From the NCBI RefSeq assembly GCF_021730395.1, contig NC_069369.1:29933250-29997249 (forward strand): 64,000 bases of DNA. The letters are read 5' to 3'. The position numbers and the translations under genes were made by a program. Under the pieces are notes generated by a model. That model saw nothing but the letters and a program-made list of their open reading frames with translations. It had not been told where the DNA came from and ran no database searches. Position 1 is the first letter of the stretch. Every line of letters begins with the position of its first letter. The DNA comes from Mercenaria mercenaria. Its lineage: Eukaryota. Below are positions 23,961 to 35,429 of the stretch, in pieces.

Positions 23961-24894
23961 TGACATATTTGACAGAAAGAAAGACATATGCCTTGATTTT
24001 TTATAACTGAAAATCCTAGTCAATGCATTTATCTATCTTGAAATTTGTTTGAAGTTTCTTGGCCTACCAATATTCGAAATTTCTAACTGAGAGCCAAATT
24101 TATGTACATGCCAGTACTAATCCGAGTAAATGAAGCAAATTCTTAAAGTCTTCTTGAGCCTACGTATAGTACTATTTATATATTGATTACCAGCCGCAGA
24201 CTTTGTGTCAGTGTTGAGACTTTATTCACTTCTGGGTAGTTGTAACTCATATTCTTTTGTAAGAGGTTAACTGATTAGCTTGCATTCATGTGTGAGTGCA
24301 AAAACGTATTATGACAAACCACCGACTTCAAATTTCTGAAAACAAGAACAACATCAACATTTATTCGAAAATGTAAAATTTGTGTCAAACGAAATCTAAA
24401 TATTTACAGAACAGAGCACCGCCCGTGGATGCCAATGCTCGCCTGTAAGTGCTTAACAATAGGCAGTATTGAAAAAAAGTTATGGTTGTTGGCCTTCTTT
24501 CTCATCTACTGATGATACGTAAATGTATAAATATGCAAAGCTACAAGTGGACACCAAGGCAAAATATTTAATAAAAAAATACAAGTCTAAGTTAAAACGG
24601 GCCATAATTCTAAAAATATACAAGAGAGAGTTATGTTATTTTTTGCCTAATTACTCATTCATAAACAAAAACATTAACCCCGAAATACCTATTTTACTAT
24701 GTTAATAAGGGCCATAATTATATCAAAATGCTAGAAAGAGCTATAATTCCTGAATTTTGAATTTTGCGGAAATTACTCTTTTTGTTGGGTTTCGTGTCAC
24801 AAGGACACAATTTAGGTCATATTGCAACCTTTTCCAGAAACATTTATGTGAAATAATGATAAAATCAGGCCAGCGGTTTCAAAGAAGATAAAAA

Positions 24895-25470
24895 TAAACT
24901 TTTCCGTGGTCATACAGAAAAAAAACTAACTCTTCCCACTGACAGCCATGTTTTTACACGAATAAAAATGACTGGAAAGAATTGGGTAGTGTGTCCTCAA
25001 GAGATATTTCAGTACAATTGTTTTAAAATCAGGGTTATGGTTTCTGAGAAGGAGACTGTCATAGTTTTGCATATAGCCATATTGGGAAAACTAGCGGCAG
25101 CCTTGAGGCAATTTCATTCAATGGAAAATATAATTTGAAGGAATTTGACAGAGCGCCACCCAAGGAATGTCTGTGAGATTATTTCAAGATTGGCCAGTAG
25201 TTTGTAAGACAAAGACTATTAAAGTTTTTTCCTTTTGGTCGCCATGACAACCAGGTATATGACCAAAAGGTAAAGGGGAACAGTCAATGGACATTCCTGG
25301 GAAGATTGGCTTAAATTGGCTTGGTGGTTTAGGAGATGTTTTTAATGTAATTGTGGAAGGACAGATGAACGACGGACATCCAACAATCATAAAGCTCACT
25401 ATGAGAACTTCCAAACATCTCAAACAAAAACATTTACAGATTTAAAAAATGTCAGATTAGCTAAAAACAA
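24895..25470. mobile_element. 3' module of the composite-element family
   Basis: TTTTCCTTTTGGTCGCCATGACAACCAG...GGACAGATGAACGACGGACATCCAACAATCATAAAGCTCACTATGAG...TTAGCTAAAAA. Same module at 4380-4630. Copy B equivalent at 58690-59320. Confidence 0.5.
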
Positions 25471-27649
25471 AACAATCAAAGTTAAAAGTGAATACATGCA
25501 GAATTATGAACTTTCAAGACAACTTAATAAGTCACTAAAAGTTAAGATAGTAACCTCAACATTGACGGGGTGGGTATGTGAGGGGCGTCCCCTCCCAGCT
25601 TGTGGGATTTATTTTTGCAAAGTGCACCATAAATGACACAATTTCCTTGCATTTTGATATCTTATAACCAGTTATATCAGGACGTTATCTGTGCCAGTTT
25701 CTGTCCTGTTCTCAAGATTGTGTATCAAGTGTCCAGGAACTTCTCATACAACTAATATACAAGGACATAAATAATCAATTCCAGCTGTAAAACAGTCAAT
25801 AATTTTAGTGTAATAAAAACCTTCTTGATTTTTTTATATATCAAACCATTATTTCAAGGTAACATTTCTATTCATCGTGGTGATATCAAAACAAACAGAG
25901 CTATCCATGATTATGTAAGAAGATTTATTGACTAGGAAGCCTTGTTCCAAGTTTGAATCCAGATATGCAGCTGTTATTTTTTATGTATATATGTTAAATG
26001 TGTGTTATGTAATTGTAAAGCGCAATAGAATATTTTATAATTTTTGCGCTATATAAATGCCATGTATTTGTATATGTATTTGTATAACTTAAACCTTATT
26101 CTGCTACATTTCTATGAAAATGAACTTATCTACCTTTCAATTTGGACAGTGCCATTAATCGTTAAAAGAGGTGCATACCAAAAAATACTGACTGAATGGC
26201 GAACAGATGTGCAGAATCAATCGTGTGCAGCATGATAAGGGTTAAACCAATGATCTATTTTCCAAAAAAAAAAACACCGTCATAATATACATTAAATTCA
26301 AGACAAGAGAAATCTAACTTGATTATTTCAGTCGTTATGATGACTAGGGGGTCTTGTCTGAAATTTGAATGCAATATACACAAGTGTTGATTACATATGA
26401 CCTTGCACCTAAAATTGTACCTAGGGTGTGATGCTCACCGTGATACCTGTGAGGGTAGCAATGCTCTAACTATTTTTAATGTCTGTTAGAAATACTAGAA
26501 ATTATGACATTTCTTAAATTAAACTCACTGAAAAGAAATTCGTCCGAAGCTGGTATCAGCGAGGTCCTGCACGTAAACTGTTGTTGAAGTAAGAACCCAG
26601 AAATATCTTTATCTGCTTAAACAGAGCTATTGTATCTGCCACCATATAACATCCTGTTGTGTAAGTGACCAGTCATTTAATATTCTGCATGTGCGTGTGA
26701 GGAGGTGGGTGTTTGTGTGTGGAGAAGGGGGGTGGGGGAGGTTATCTGGGGTTAACATATTGAAAAAACTGACTACCAAATCACTGTAAAAAAATTCAGG
26801 CACCAAGTCAGATTTAGTAAAAAATATTTCCATTACTCTGAAAGCCATACTCTTTGTTTCGAAACTGCTTTTAGTTTTAATATTTTATAATTTATATAAT
26901 AAGTAACAAATAAAATCCCCCCAAAATAAAATAATTCTTAGCTCCAAGTAAAATCCCAGCCCCAACCACCTCCGCCCGGAAAGTAAAACTAGCAAAAATA
27001 TCTGTGAAGTATTTGGTATAAAATTTATTGGAATAAAACATTAAGTTGTGCAATCTATGTTTATATTCTTTGTATGAGGAAATAATTGAGTGCTTAATCA
27101 CATCATCGTCATTTTCCTTTCCTTTCAAAGAAATACTAAATTTATACATGAGAGAACATGATGGAGGCGAGATTACTGCTTTCTCCACGAAACTGGAGGG
27201 CAACTTACCACTGCGAATAACAAGTTACCACTTATTATGCTATAAAAAGGGAGAACATATAATTAATTAATTATTTACCGTACATCTTTATACAGCTATA
27301 TCATGCTATAGATACTTGTATGGTGTATTTATGTATACATTTATGTGTTTTATTGACTCCAAATGGTATATTAGACATTTTACAGGCAAATTTGGACACT
27401 CTTACAAAAGACCAGCTGGTGCATGTGCGACTGCTGGAGATTGTTATAAATTCCTTCTCCAAATATAAATTTCGTATTCAAAGGTATCATATTCAAAAGG
27501 TATCTTTTCACAGTTTTATAGACAACTTGGCGTAAAGACAAATTACAGACTTATGTCCTGGAACGGAATTTTGTAAAACCGGTTAATATATCAGTAGAGT
27601 ATGAGTAAATGAAATCAGAACTTTTTAAAGTATTTTATCATGGTCTTAA

Positions 27650-28620
27650 TATATCAAGAACGGATCCAATGGGTGGTGGACTGCTGGTGCATCCTTACCT
27701 GTAAATATCTTACAACCCTACTTTGGGCATCAGTCAAATTAACCATCAGCCTGCTAAATTTCTAAAATGGACTGGTCCATCTTTCAATTTGGGCAATACC
27801 ATTTATTATTCGAAGGGGTGTTTACTGATAATTTACTAGTGGGTGGTGGACTGCTGGTCTTCCTTACATGTAAATAACTTACAACCCTACTTGGGGTATC
27901 AGTCAATTGAGGCACAATTTTCGGCTCGCTATAGCTTTATATCAGTAGCATTTATAATAAATGCTAAAGTGGATGACACGCACGAAAGTCAAATTAACCA
28001 TCAGCCCGCTAAATTTCTAAAATGGACTGGTCCATCTTTCACTTTGGGCAATACCATTTATTATTCGAAGGGGTGTTTACTGAAAATTTACTAGTGGGTG
28101 GTGGACTGCTGGTGCATCCTTACATGTAAATATCTTACAACCCTACTTGGGGCATCAGTCAATTGAGGCACACTTTTCGGCTCGCTATAGCTTTATATCA
28201 GTAGCATTTATAATAATTGCTAAAGTGGATGACACGCACGAAAGTCAAATTAACCATCAGCCCGCTAAATTTCTAAAATGGACTGGTCCATCTTTCAATT
28301 TGGGCAATACCATTTATTATTCGAAGGGGTGTTTACTGAAAATTTACTAGTGGGTGGTGGACTGCTGGTGCATCCTTACCTCTAAATATCTTACAACCCT
28401 ACTTGGGGCATCAGTCAACTGAGGCACAATTTTCGGCTCGTTATAGCTTTATATCAGTAGCATTTATAATAATTGCTTAAGTGGATGACACGCACGAAAG
28501 TCAAATTAACCATCAGCCCGCTAAATTTCTAAAATGGACTTGTCCATCCTTCAATTTGGGCAATACCATTTATCATCAGGGGTGTTTACTGAAAATTTAC
28601 TGACTGTATGGCGAACAATA
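27650..28620. repeat. Tandem array of about 265 bp x 3.6 built from the 5' half of a piggyBac-like MITE plus its flank, copy A only
   Basis: Copy B has a single unit at 62750-62990. Confidence 0.75.
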
Positions 28621-31600
28621 CAGGCCATGATCAGCCTGCGCGGATGCGCAGGCTGATTTTGGTCTGCACTGGTTGCAATGGCAGAATCACTTGTCGCCAG
28701 CAGAACTATATTCCGTATTGCTTTTATAATCTACAAATTCAAAGATGACTAGTACATGCTCACTCTCAAACATGTTTCTATTATCACAAATAAATGAAAC
28801 AAGAAATATCTTAAAAAAGGATGATCGGCGCAGTGTAGTTGGGAATAGGCTGTATAAATTTGATAAGTTTTCCCATGAAAAATTTGACTTTGAAGGTTTG
28901 TTACTATGAAAGGGTTCCATAAAGAATTGAAAAATCTCTCCATAATTGGACAATGTGGTAAGTGTTCGAAGGTCAATGTCTACAGATAAATGTGAATGAC
29001 TTGATCTACCTGTCCACAATGAAAAAATGACGAAAACGGTTATTTTTAAAGCAAGAAAGCCTTAATCACGTGACTGTCACAGTTCATTCTTCAGTAAATC
29101 AACCAAACACGGGATTCCTACTTTCGTTTTGGTAATACCTTTCAGATCTTCTCCAAGAATATTGTATTTCGGATTAAAATAATCTGAAATGCTTCTTTTC
29201 TATAGCTGAACATCAAACGAGAAAAGAAAATACTTGCATGGAAATGGATGTAGTTTTTACACACAAAAGAACACCAGAAACCCGTCTCAACTAGGTAGAC
29301 TTAAATAGATTGCTCCTGAAAACCACACCTGTTAATGTAACATAAAGTATAATATATACATGTACTAGTTATACGACCGAACATAGCTCTTTACACAAAT
29401 TTATAGAATTAAGTATTTTAACTTAACTGGATCTTTATTGCATTAATTGGACATACAAATGATGATTATTTAGACATATTTAAATATACTTGCTAAACAT
29501 ACTGACCAACACATACCTGTCATTCAGCATTTCATTCAGCATTGAACAAGACACAGAGTGAAACAATCGAACAGTTTCATCCAACTGGCATTTTTCGTAT
29601 AGCTGAATACCTATGACACGTCATCAAACAAATAAAGGATCACAGTGGAACATTGTCTTGGAACGGTCAGTACCTTAAACACCTCTGGGAAGCTGAATCC
29701 AGTTAATGGTGTGCACTGAACATCACTAACTCCCAATTATTACAGGACATTGTAAATAAAATTCATCCCGGCAGATGAATCCCCAACACGCACAATGGTT
29801 CTGAAATTTATAATAAAAAAAAACAATAACCAAACGAAGCATTTAAGTACTAAACGTCTTGCAGAGGCTATAAGACATGTACCAACGTAACTTAGTTTTA
29901 CGACTTTTTTTAAAATAGCATCTCCAGAAAAATCATATTTTGATATACCTTGTTGCAGAATAGTCTTCTAATCACTATTAAGTTCTGAACCCAAACCTGA
30001 ATTACGAAAGTATTATTTAGTAAAATACTAGTACATTCGCAGAGTATGATAACGGTAGTTTTGCTGAAGGAGCTTGCTGACATCGAAGATCTAATCTTAT
30101 TTATGTAGAAACATTATACTCCATAAGATATTTAAAGCTGTATATCTACATCCAGAAGAGGGAAGTTAACAATATTTAAGTTGAAATCATTCTCTTATGT
30201 GTGTTGATAATATTATTATATGTAAGGAGATACAAGTCCAGACAAGATGTAATAAAAATACATTGAATTATTACTATTTCAAACTGGAGCTCCCGAGAAT
30301 AAAGAGTAAATATGGGTTTCCTATTCCGGATACTATCATACCATGAAGCATTGTTAAATGCAGCAATAACATATGCCTGTGTATCTGTAGAAAGGGTCGG
30401 CATAACAATATAGAGGAAAATCTGCAACAAGTGGTTTAAAAGTGTAAGTAATGTCGTCTTTCGGTTGACAAGTCGAGAGCGCCAGCTACATTTATCATTT
30501 AAAAGTGTGTTGACTTGACAGAACATTTTATTCTTTTAGGCAAACAAACTAGAAAAAATACTAGTTGGTATCTTTGATCTTTTGGCATTATATACATTAA
30601 TGGCAACACGGTCCAATGTAATTTCAACTGCAAAAATGACACGGATGCTGATAAAAAAAAAACAACTCGAAATATGGATTCTAACATTTCTTCTAGTACA
30701 TTTTAGTCCAGATGTATTTTCTTGCTAGTTTAGTTATCAGTGAGCAGGTTACATGACTCGTCTTTCCTTCTTATTGAAAACACAGCCCAATGCCAGTTAT
30801 GAAAATGACACGGACGCTGATAAAATAAGTTGAAATATGAAACGTAACATTCCCTCTGGTAAATATTAGGCCACATATATTTTTTCTAGTTTCATTTACA
30901 GAATGTTTAAAATGTATACATTGTCATCAAAGTAAAGGATTCTCAAGAGTAAGTTTAAAAGTAAAAAGCTAGATAGGAACAATTCAGTGAATACTTATAA
31001 AACTGAATGCAACCTTCACTTAAGAATGCTAAACATATATAGTGATAACAGTCAGGGCATTGATAAGTGGTAATTAGAAACAAAAACAAAAACAAACAAG
31101 AAGTATATTTAAAAAAGATACACGGCCGCATAAGTCAATTCACACTTTAAGCTACGAAACGTGCATGCACTCAGCACTTTTACATAAGATCAGAATATTT
31201 ATAAAGCAAAACAAAGTGTAGTTTTAAAGTAAAATTTTCATGTTTTTTATGTAGAACATATTTTACAGAACATATACCTACATTTTTATATTAATCGTGA
31301 TCTAGGAAACTTTGACAAAAGAAAAAGGCTAAAAATGAGGGGCCGAAAAGTGGTGGACTAAATGACCATTTCAATTTAAAACCGTCAAGAGACACTAAAT
31401 GACCAAAATGGGGACGAGTTGGCTGAGGGCCGAGTTGACTGTAAATCGTTTACCGATTCGGGTTTATGACGTTAGCTATTTCCACAGGAGTCTTGCAACG
31501 GATTATACTGTCTAACAATACAGCTCAGAGCACCTGCACACCCCTTAAGAAATAATCAAAATGTATAGTTTTAATTAGCTGTTAAATGACCTTCACCCCA

Positions 31601-32654
31601 GATATTTACAAGTACAGGTGAGATCAATACAGGCCTACGGCCGGAAAAAGATATAAAATGTACACAGAGATGATATTGTCCAAATATAAGTTAATACGGT
31701 TCTTTGAAAAGAACTCACTCATTTACTTTTTTGTAATACTTAAGGAACATACCTTTATTTTGTGGCGCCTCATGATGTTGTTGTTCCAGTTGTACCTAGT
31801 AAATTTGATAAACTCTGAAAAAGTGGTTAATTTATCAATTTGTATGACCTTTTAGAATTAAACCTATTAATTATACAATTAACAACATACGATGTTGTCC
31901 ATAACAAAATTTGTCAAAATGAACAAACATGGATATTTTATAATAACAATTATTGAAAGAAAACTAGAGTTTCAAGCAAGCTTAAATTCCAGGCCTACAC
32001 ATTTAGATAAAGACTGAAATTAAATACCTTGTTGTTTCAGTCAGCACTGTTCCCAGCTGCACTGTAAGTACTGTATGATTACAGGAAGACACCACTTCTC
32101 CTGTATGTAGAATGCGTGCGCGGTGATATTAAATCGTTAAAATTATAATACGCTATTAACAGCTTGTACCATCCTTCATACTGTATGAATACTTATAATA
32201 TTTAACGGAATATTTGTGTCCAAGTGTTACCATTTGAAACAGTTCTTTGTAGTAGGTGTATGTGAAATTAACAACCATATTATTCATGGAGAGATGGGAT
32301 TTAAACAACTAATATCACAAACTGTTCAGATTTTGATGTTTGTGTGTATGTATTCGTATTTATTTATTTACAGTAAATAATACACATATGTAAATATGTT
32401 TAATATAGGACATTAAGTTGAAAGGAAGATATGTTAACATTAAAATCGCTTTCTTCACATGATGCGCTTAGTAGAAAGAATAGGTGCTGAAGAGAGTAAT
32501 ATGATTTTTTCAAGAGGGGCATTAATCTTCGAGAATTCACCTCTCAGTACTTTACAACTACCATGGTGTTTGGACCAGCTTATAAAGCAAGTACTTCCTC
32601 AATCTGATTAAAACCCTAATTTATATTTATAAAGATCGAGTAGTCAGATTGGTT

Positions 32655-32850
32655 CTTTCTTTGAATTAACCTGCTAAATTTCTAAATGGACTGATCCATC
32701 ACTGAATTTGGGTAGTACCATTTATTATTCGAAGGTGTTTTCACTGAAAATTTACTGACTGAACAGAGAACAGTGCAGACCATGATGTGCAGGCTGATCC
32801 TGGTCTGCACTGGTCGCAAAGACAGAATCACTTGCCGCCAGCAGGCTAAT
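32655..32850 (+). mobile_element. piggyBac-like MITE (TTAA-flanked, terminal CC(W)TYAGCCTGCT..., core palindrome CTGCGCATCCGCGCAG)
   Basis: Other copies at 28520-28695, 62890-63085 and 61625-61830. The last is inverted and shows both termini: TTAACCTTTAGCCTGCTG...CAGCAGGCTAAAGGTTAA. Confidence 0.5.
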
Positions 32851-33085
32851 GGTAAATGAAATTGCCGCAGTTGTTGAATTATGACAGTGGTTTGTTAAAG
32901 AGTAGATGTAAATTATTTTGATACTTAAATTTAGGCCAACAAGATAGATTATATACAAGCTTGATTAATAAGATTAATTCGATCAACTGTAGATTACTAC
33001 ATTCATTCATTTATTTATTTGGATTGTTTTTAGTGTTTTGATATTGAATTTTCAATCATTTAGATATTGATTGTTTACTAATGTT

Positions 33086-33155
33086 ATGATTCATTTTCGT
33101 GGTGTACAGATAAGAGTACTGGTATTGCCCCTTTTAAGCTCACAGCTTCATACCT
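33086..33155 (+). CDS. Candidate signal-peptide exon of plus-strand IgSF gene
   Basis: ATG...MIHFRGVQIRVLVLPLLSSQLHT with a hydrophobic core. The phase-1 donor T|GTTAGT would join exon 1 in frame. No homology support. Confidence 0.25.
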
Positions 33156-34072
33156 GTTAGTAAAACCTAATGCTTTCTGTTTAGTACAAGACCTGCGTTT
33201 TAGTGCTTTTGAAAAAGTTGAATTCTATTTATCTAATTGTACGGCTGACAAACAGGCATGGACCCGACCTAGACGGAAATAATAGAAAAATACACTGTTG
33301 TGTCTTATATTTTGAACAATAGCTAAAGGATCTGTAACTCAAAACAGAAAAGGTTCAAATGGTAACAAATTTATGTTTTGTCAAAATACCTATATATAAA
33401 TAAAAAACAATAAAAGAAAAAAAAGCAATAAAAATACCTCACGAAATCAGTAAGGTTCATGAAGATCTTGTAAATTCAGCGACACAGTACTTTATTATTT
33501 CTGACTGGTATTTTAGTGTACTCGTACTAAAATAGATATACTTGCTTTTTCCTTCTATTTTTTTTTCGATGTGAAGGCGGTACAAATCGTACACTAACTA
33601 CAATAATGTATAGTTTTAAGTTTATGACATAGTTTTTTCTTGGGGTAAAAAGGCTTACATATCTATAAAGTTTTAGACATATTCCTATTTCCTTGTTCGT
33701 ATATAACTTGCGTATCTTATCACAACATGATATGTCTTAGTTACGTTACATTTATATAGTTCCAATTAACCGACTACAAGAATCGATATGATCGGGAAAC
33801 TGCATATTATCTTTTTGTGTCATATCATTGGGAACCACAGGTTTCTTGTTTACACGCCTTCTATCTCTAACATTCACGCAGGAAAAATGAAACAAAAGAG
33901 CTAAAGTAAATACCATAACTTGTGTATGTACTTACTAGAACGCAACTTTTATATTATCATCACATTAATGAAACTTCATTGCATCGGCAACACCGACATA
34001 ATCCTTTACTTCATCGGGAACACAGGATAAAGTATACCTCATTATATAATAGATTTTTAAATTATTTTTTAG

Positions 34073-34188
34073 TTTGTATGAAGATGGTTGACGGAGCTTA
34101 CAGAGTCATCAACATAACAAAGTCATGTGTTTTAAACCACGAGTGTAAATTGCCCTGCAGGCTGGAGCCATTTTCGTATACTATTAAT
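34073..34188 (+). CDS. IgSF gene (plus paralogue) exon 1, Ig domain 1 N-half
   Basis: Acceptor ttttttag, donor AAT|GTAAGT. Encodes CMKMVDGAYRVINITKSCVLNHECKLPCRLEPFSYTIN. Homologous to minus-strand exons at 21840-21946 and 54655-54770. Confidence 0.6.
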
Positions 34189-34492
34189 GTAAGTATATTC
34201 GTATACATCTACTGAAATCACTTAAGCGTATGTATCCATATTTGAACATCTTTAAGTAAAACTGCATATAGTTGTAAGACATCCCTCTAATATACCATAT
34301 TCCGCCATCTACATCCGGAAGCGGCATTTTCCTCACTTGAACTTCCGTAGGTGCACGTTTACGTCTGATCCTCTGAATATATGCATCATTGCACTACCTA
34401 CTCTACCAGTGTCTCGCACTGAAAAAGTCATTTTGATCCAACTAAAAATGATGAATTTTATAGAGATTCAAAGTACTTTTTTTACTTTCCAG

Positions 34493-34694
34493 GTCCTTTG
34501 GTTTAACAACAATAATGAGATGCTTACTCGAGGCAACCAAGTACATAAGCATTACAGAAATCTCAGAATCGAAAAGCCAGCTTACAATGAGTGGGTTCTG
34601 TATATACTTCGAGTGAATCAAAATTTTGCTGATAAATACAGGTGCAAAACAAGTGACGGATATACGTTGTCAGAGATAACAGTTGTTGTTGAAA
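34493..34694 (+). CDS. IgSF gene (plus paralogue) exon 2, Ig domain 1 C-half
   Basis: Acceptor tttactttccag, donor GAAA|GTACGC. Encodes VLWFNNNNEML...NEWVLYILRVNQNFADKYRCKTSDGYTLSEITVVVE, with the W...Y.C Ig signature. Confidence 0.65.
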
Positions 34695-35057
34695 GTACGC
34701 AAATCTCGTGCTTGCTAATTAGTTAAGTATTTCTGCGAATTTATTTATCTGTACTTACCCTTTTAGCTCACCACGACCACAGGTTCAGAATGAGCTGTCA
34801 GTATAGGCAGAACTGAGTTTCATACACCTGAATTGGTATTCTCCTTTTTGTAACATCTGACATTTCCAATCAGGTAAAACATGGATATAGAACAGTGGAA
34901 GAATTTCTTTATTCTTCCTATGGCGTCCCACAAATGATGAGATGACTCTTGAATTATGCATGAAATCTTCCGTCTATCAAAAGCCTTATCAATTGTGGTT
35001 GTAGTGCAACAATTTAAAAACTCTTCGGCAGAAATTTTAAAATATTCACAATTTCAG

Positions 35058-35195
35058 ATGAACCCAGGATAGATGAACAAAAATCATCGTCTTTTCATGA
35101 ACATTTCCATGAACATTCCCTGGCACAACTGAATTGTATATTTTATGGCTCACCTAAACCAGAAGTAACATGGCACCGTGGACCATCGAAGGAAC
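35058..35195 (+). CDS. IgSF gene (plus paralogue) exon 3, Ig domain 2 N-half
   Basis: Acceptor atttcag. Encodes EPRIDEQKSSSFHEHFHEHSLAQLNCIFYGSPKPEVTWHRGPSKE. Only the donor GAAC|GTAGGT (not GTACTT 4 bp downstream) keeps exon 4 in frame. Confidence 0.5.
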
Positions 35196-35429
35196 GTAGG
35201 TACTTAGTGTTTACTTGTTAGTGTCTTCATCTTGATAACTCGACTTAAGAGCAATATCCAATATAAACAGCTACGTTCTAAGAGCACAACTTCTCCAAAA
35301 CAAAACCCTACAACTTCATTTTGTTTTTTTAATAAGTTATGCCCCCACCTTTTTGACATAGCCAGGTTTGTTAAGTTAGTATCACAGCAACCACTAATAA
35401 GGATTGACTGAAACTCTTTATATTTGTTC

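Larger units (their letters stand above)
13440..29760. other. Segmental duplication copy A (paired with 48556-64000)
   Basis: Collinear similarity across the unique stretches, estimated by eye at about 85-90% identity (not computed). All 7 IgSF exons are shared. Interrupted by copy-specific insertions and deletions. Confidence 0.8.

Noticed and set aside
33781-33840. MIGKLHIIFLCHIIGNH as the signal exon of the plus IgSF gene
   Set aside because: It is hydrophobic, but its only donor (CACAG|GTTTCT) is weak and leaves the wrong phase for exon 1. The candidate at 33086-33155 fits phase better, though it is still weak.
35200-35205. Stronger-looking donor GTACTT for IgSF exon 3
   Set aside because: It leaves phase 2 and puts exon 4 out of frame with an immediate stop. 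The GTAGGT donor 4 bp upstream gives the only continuous reading.
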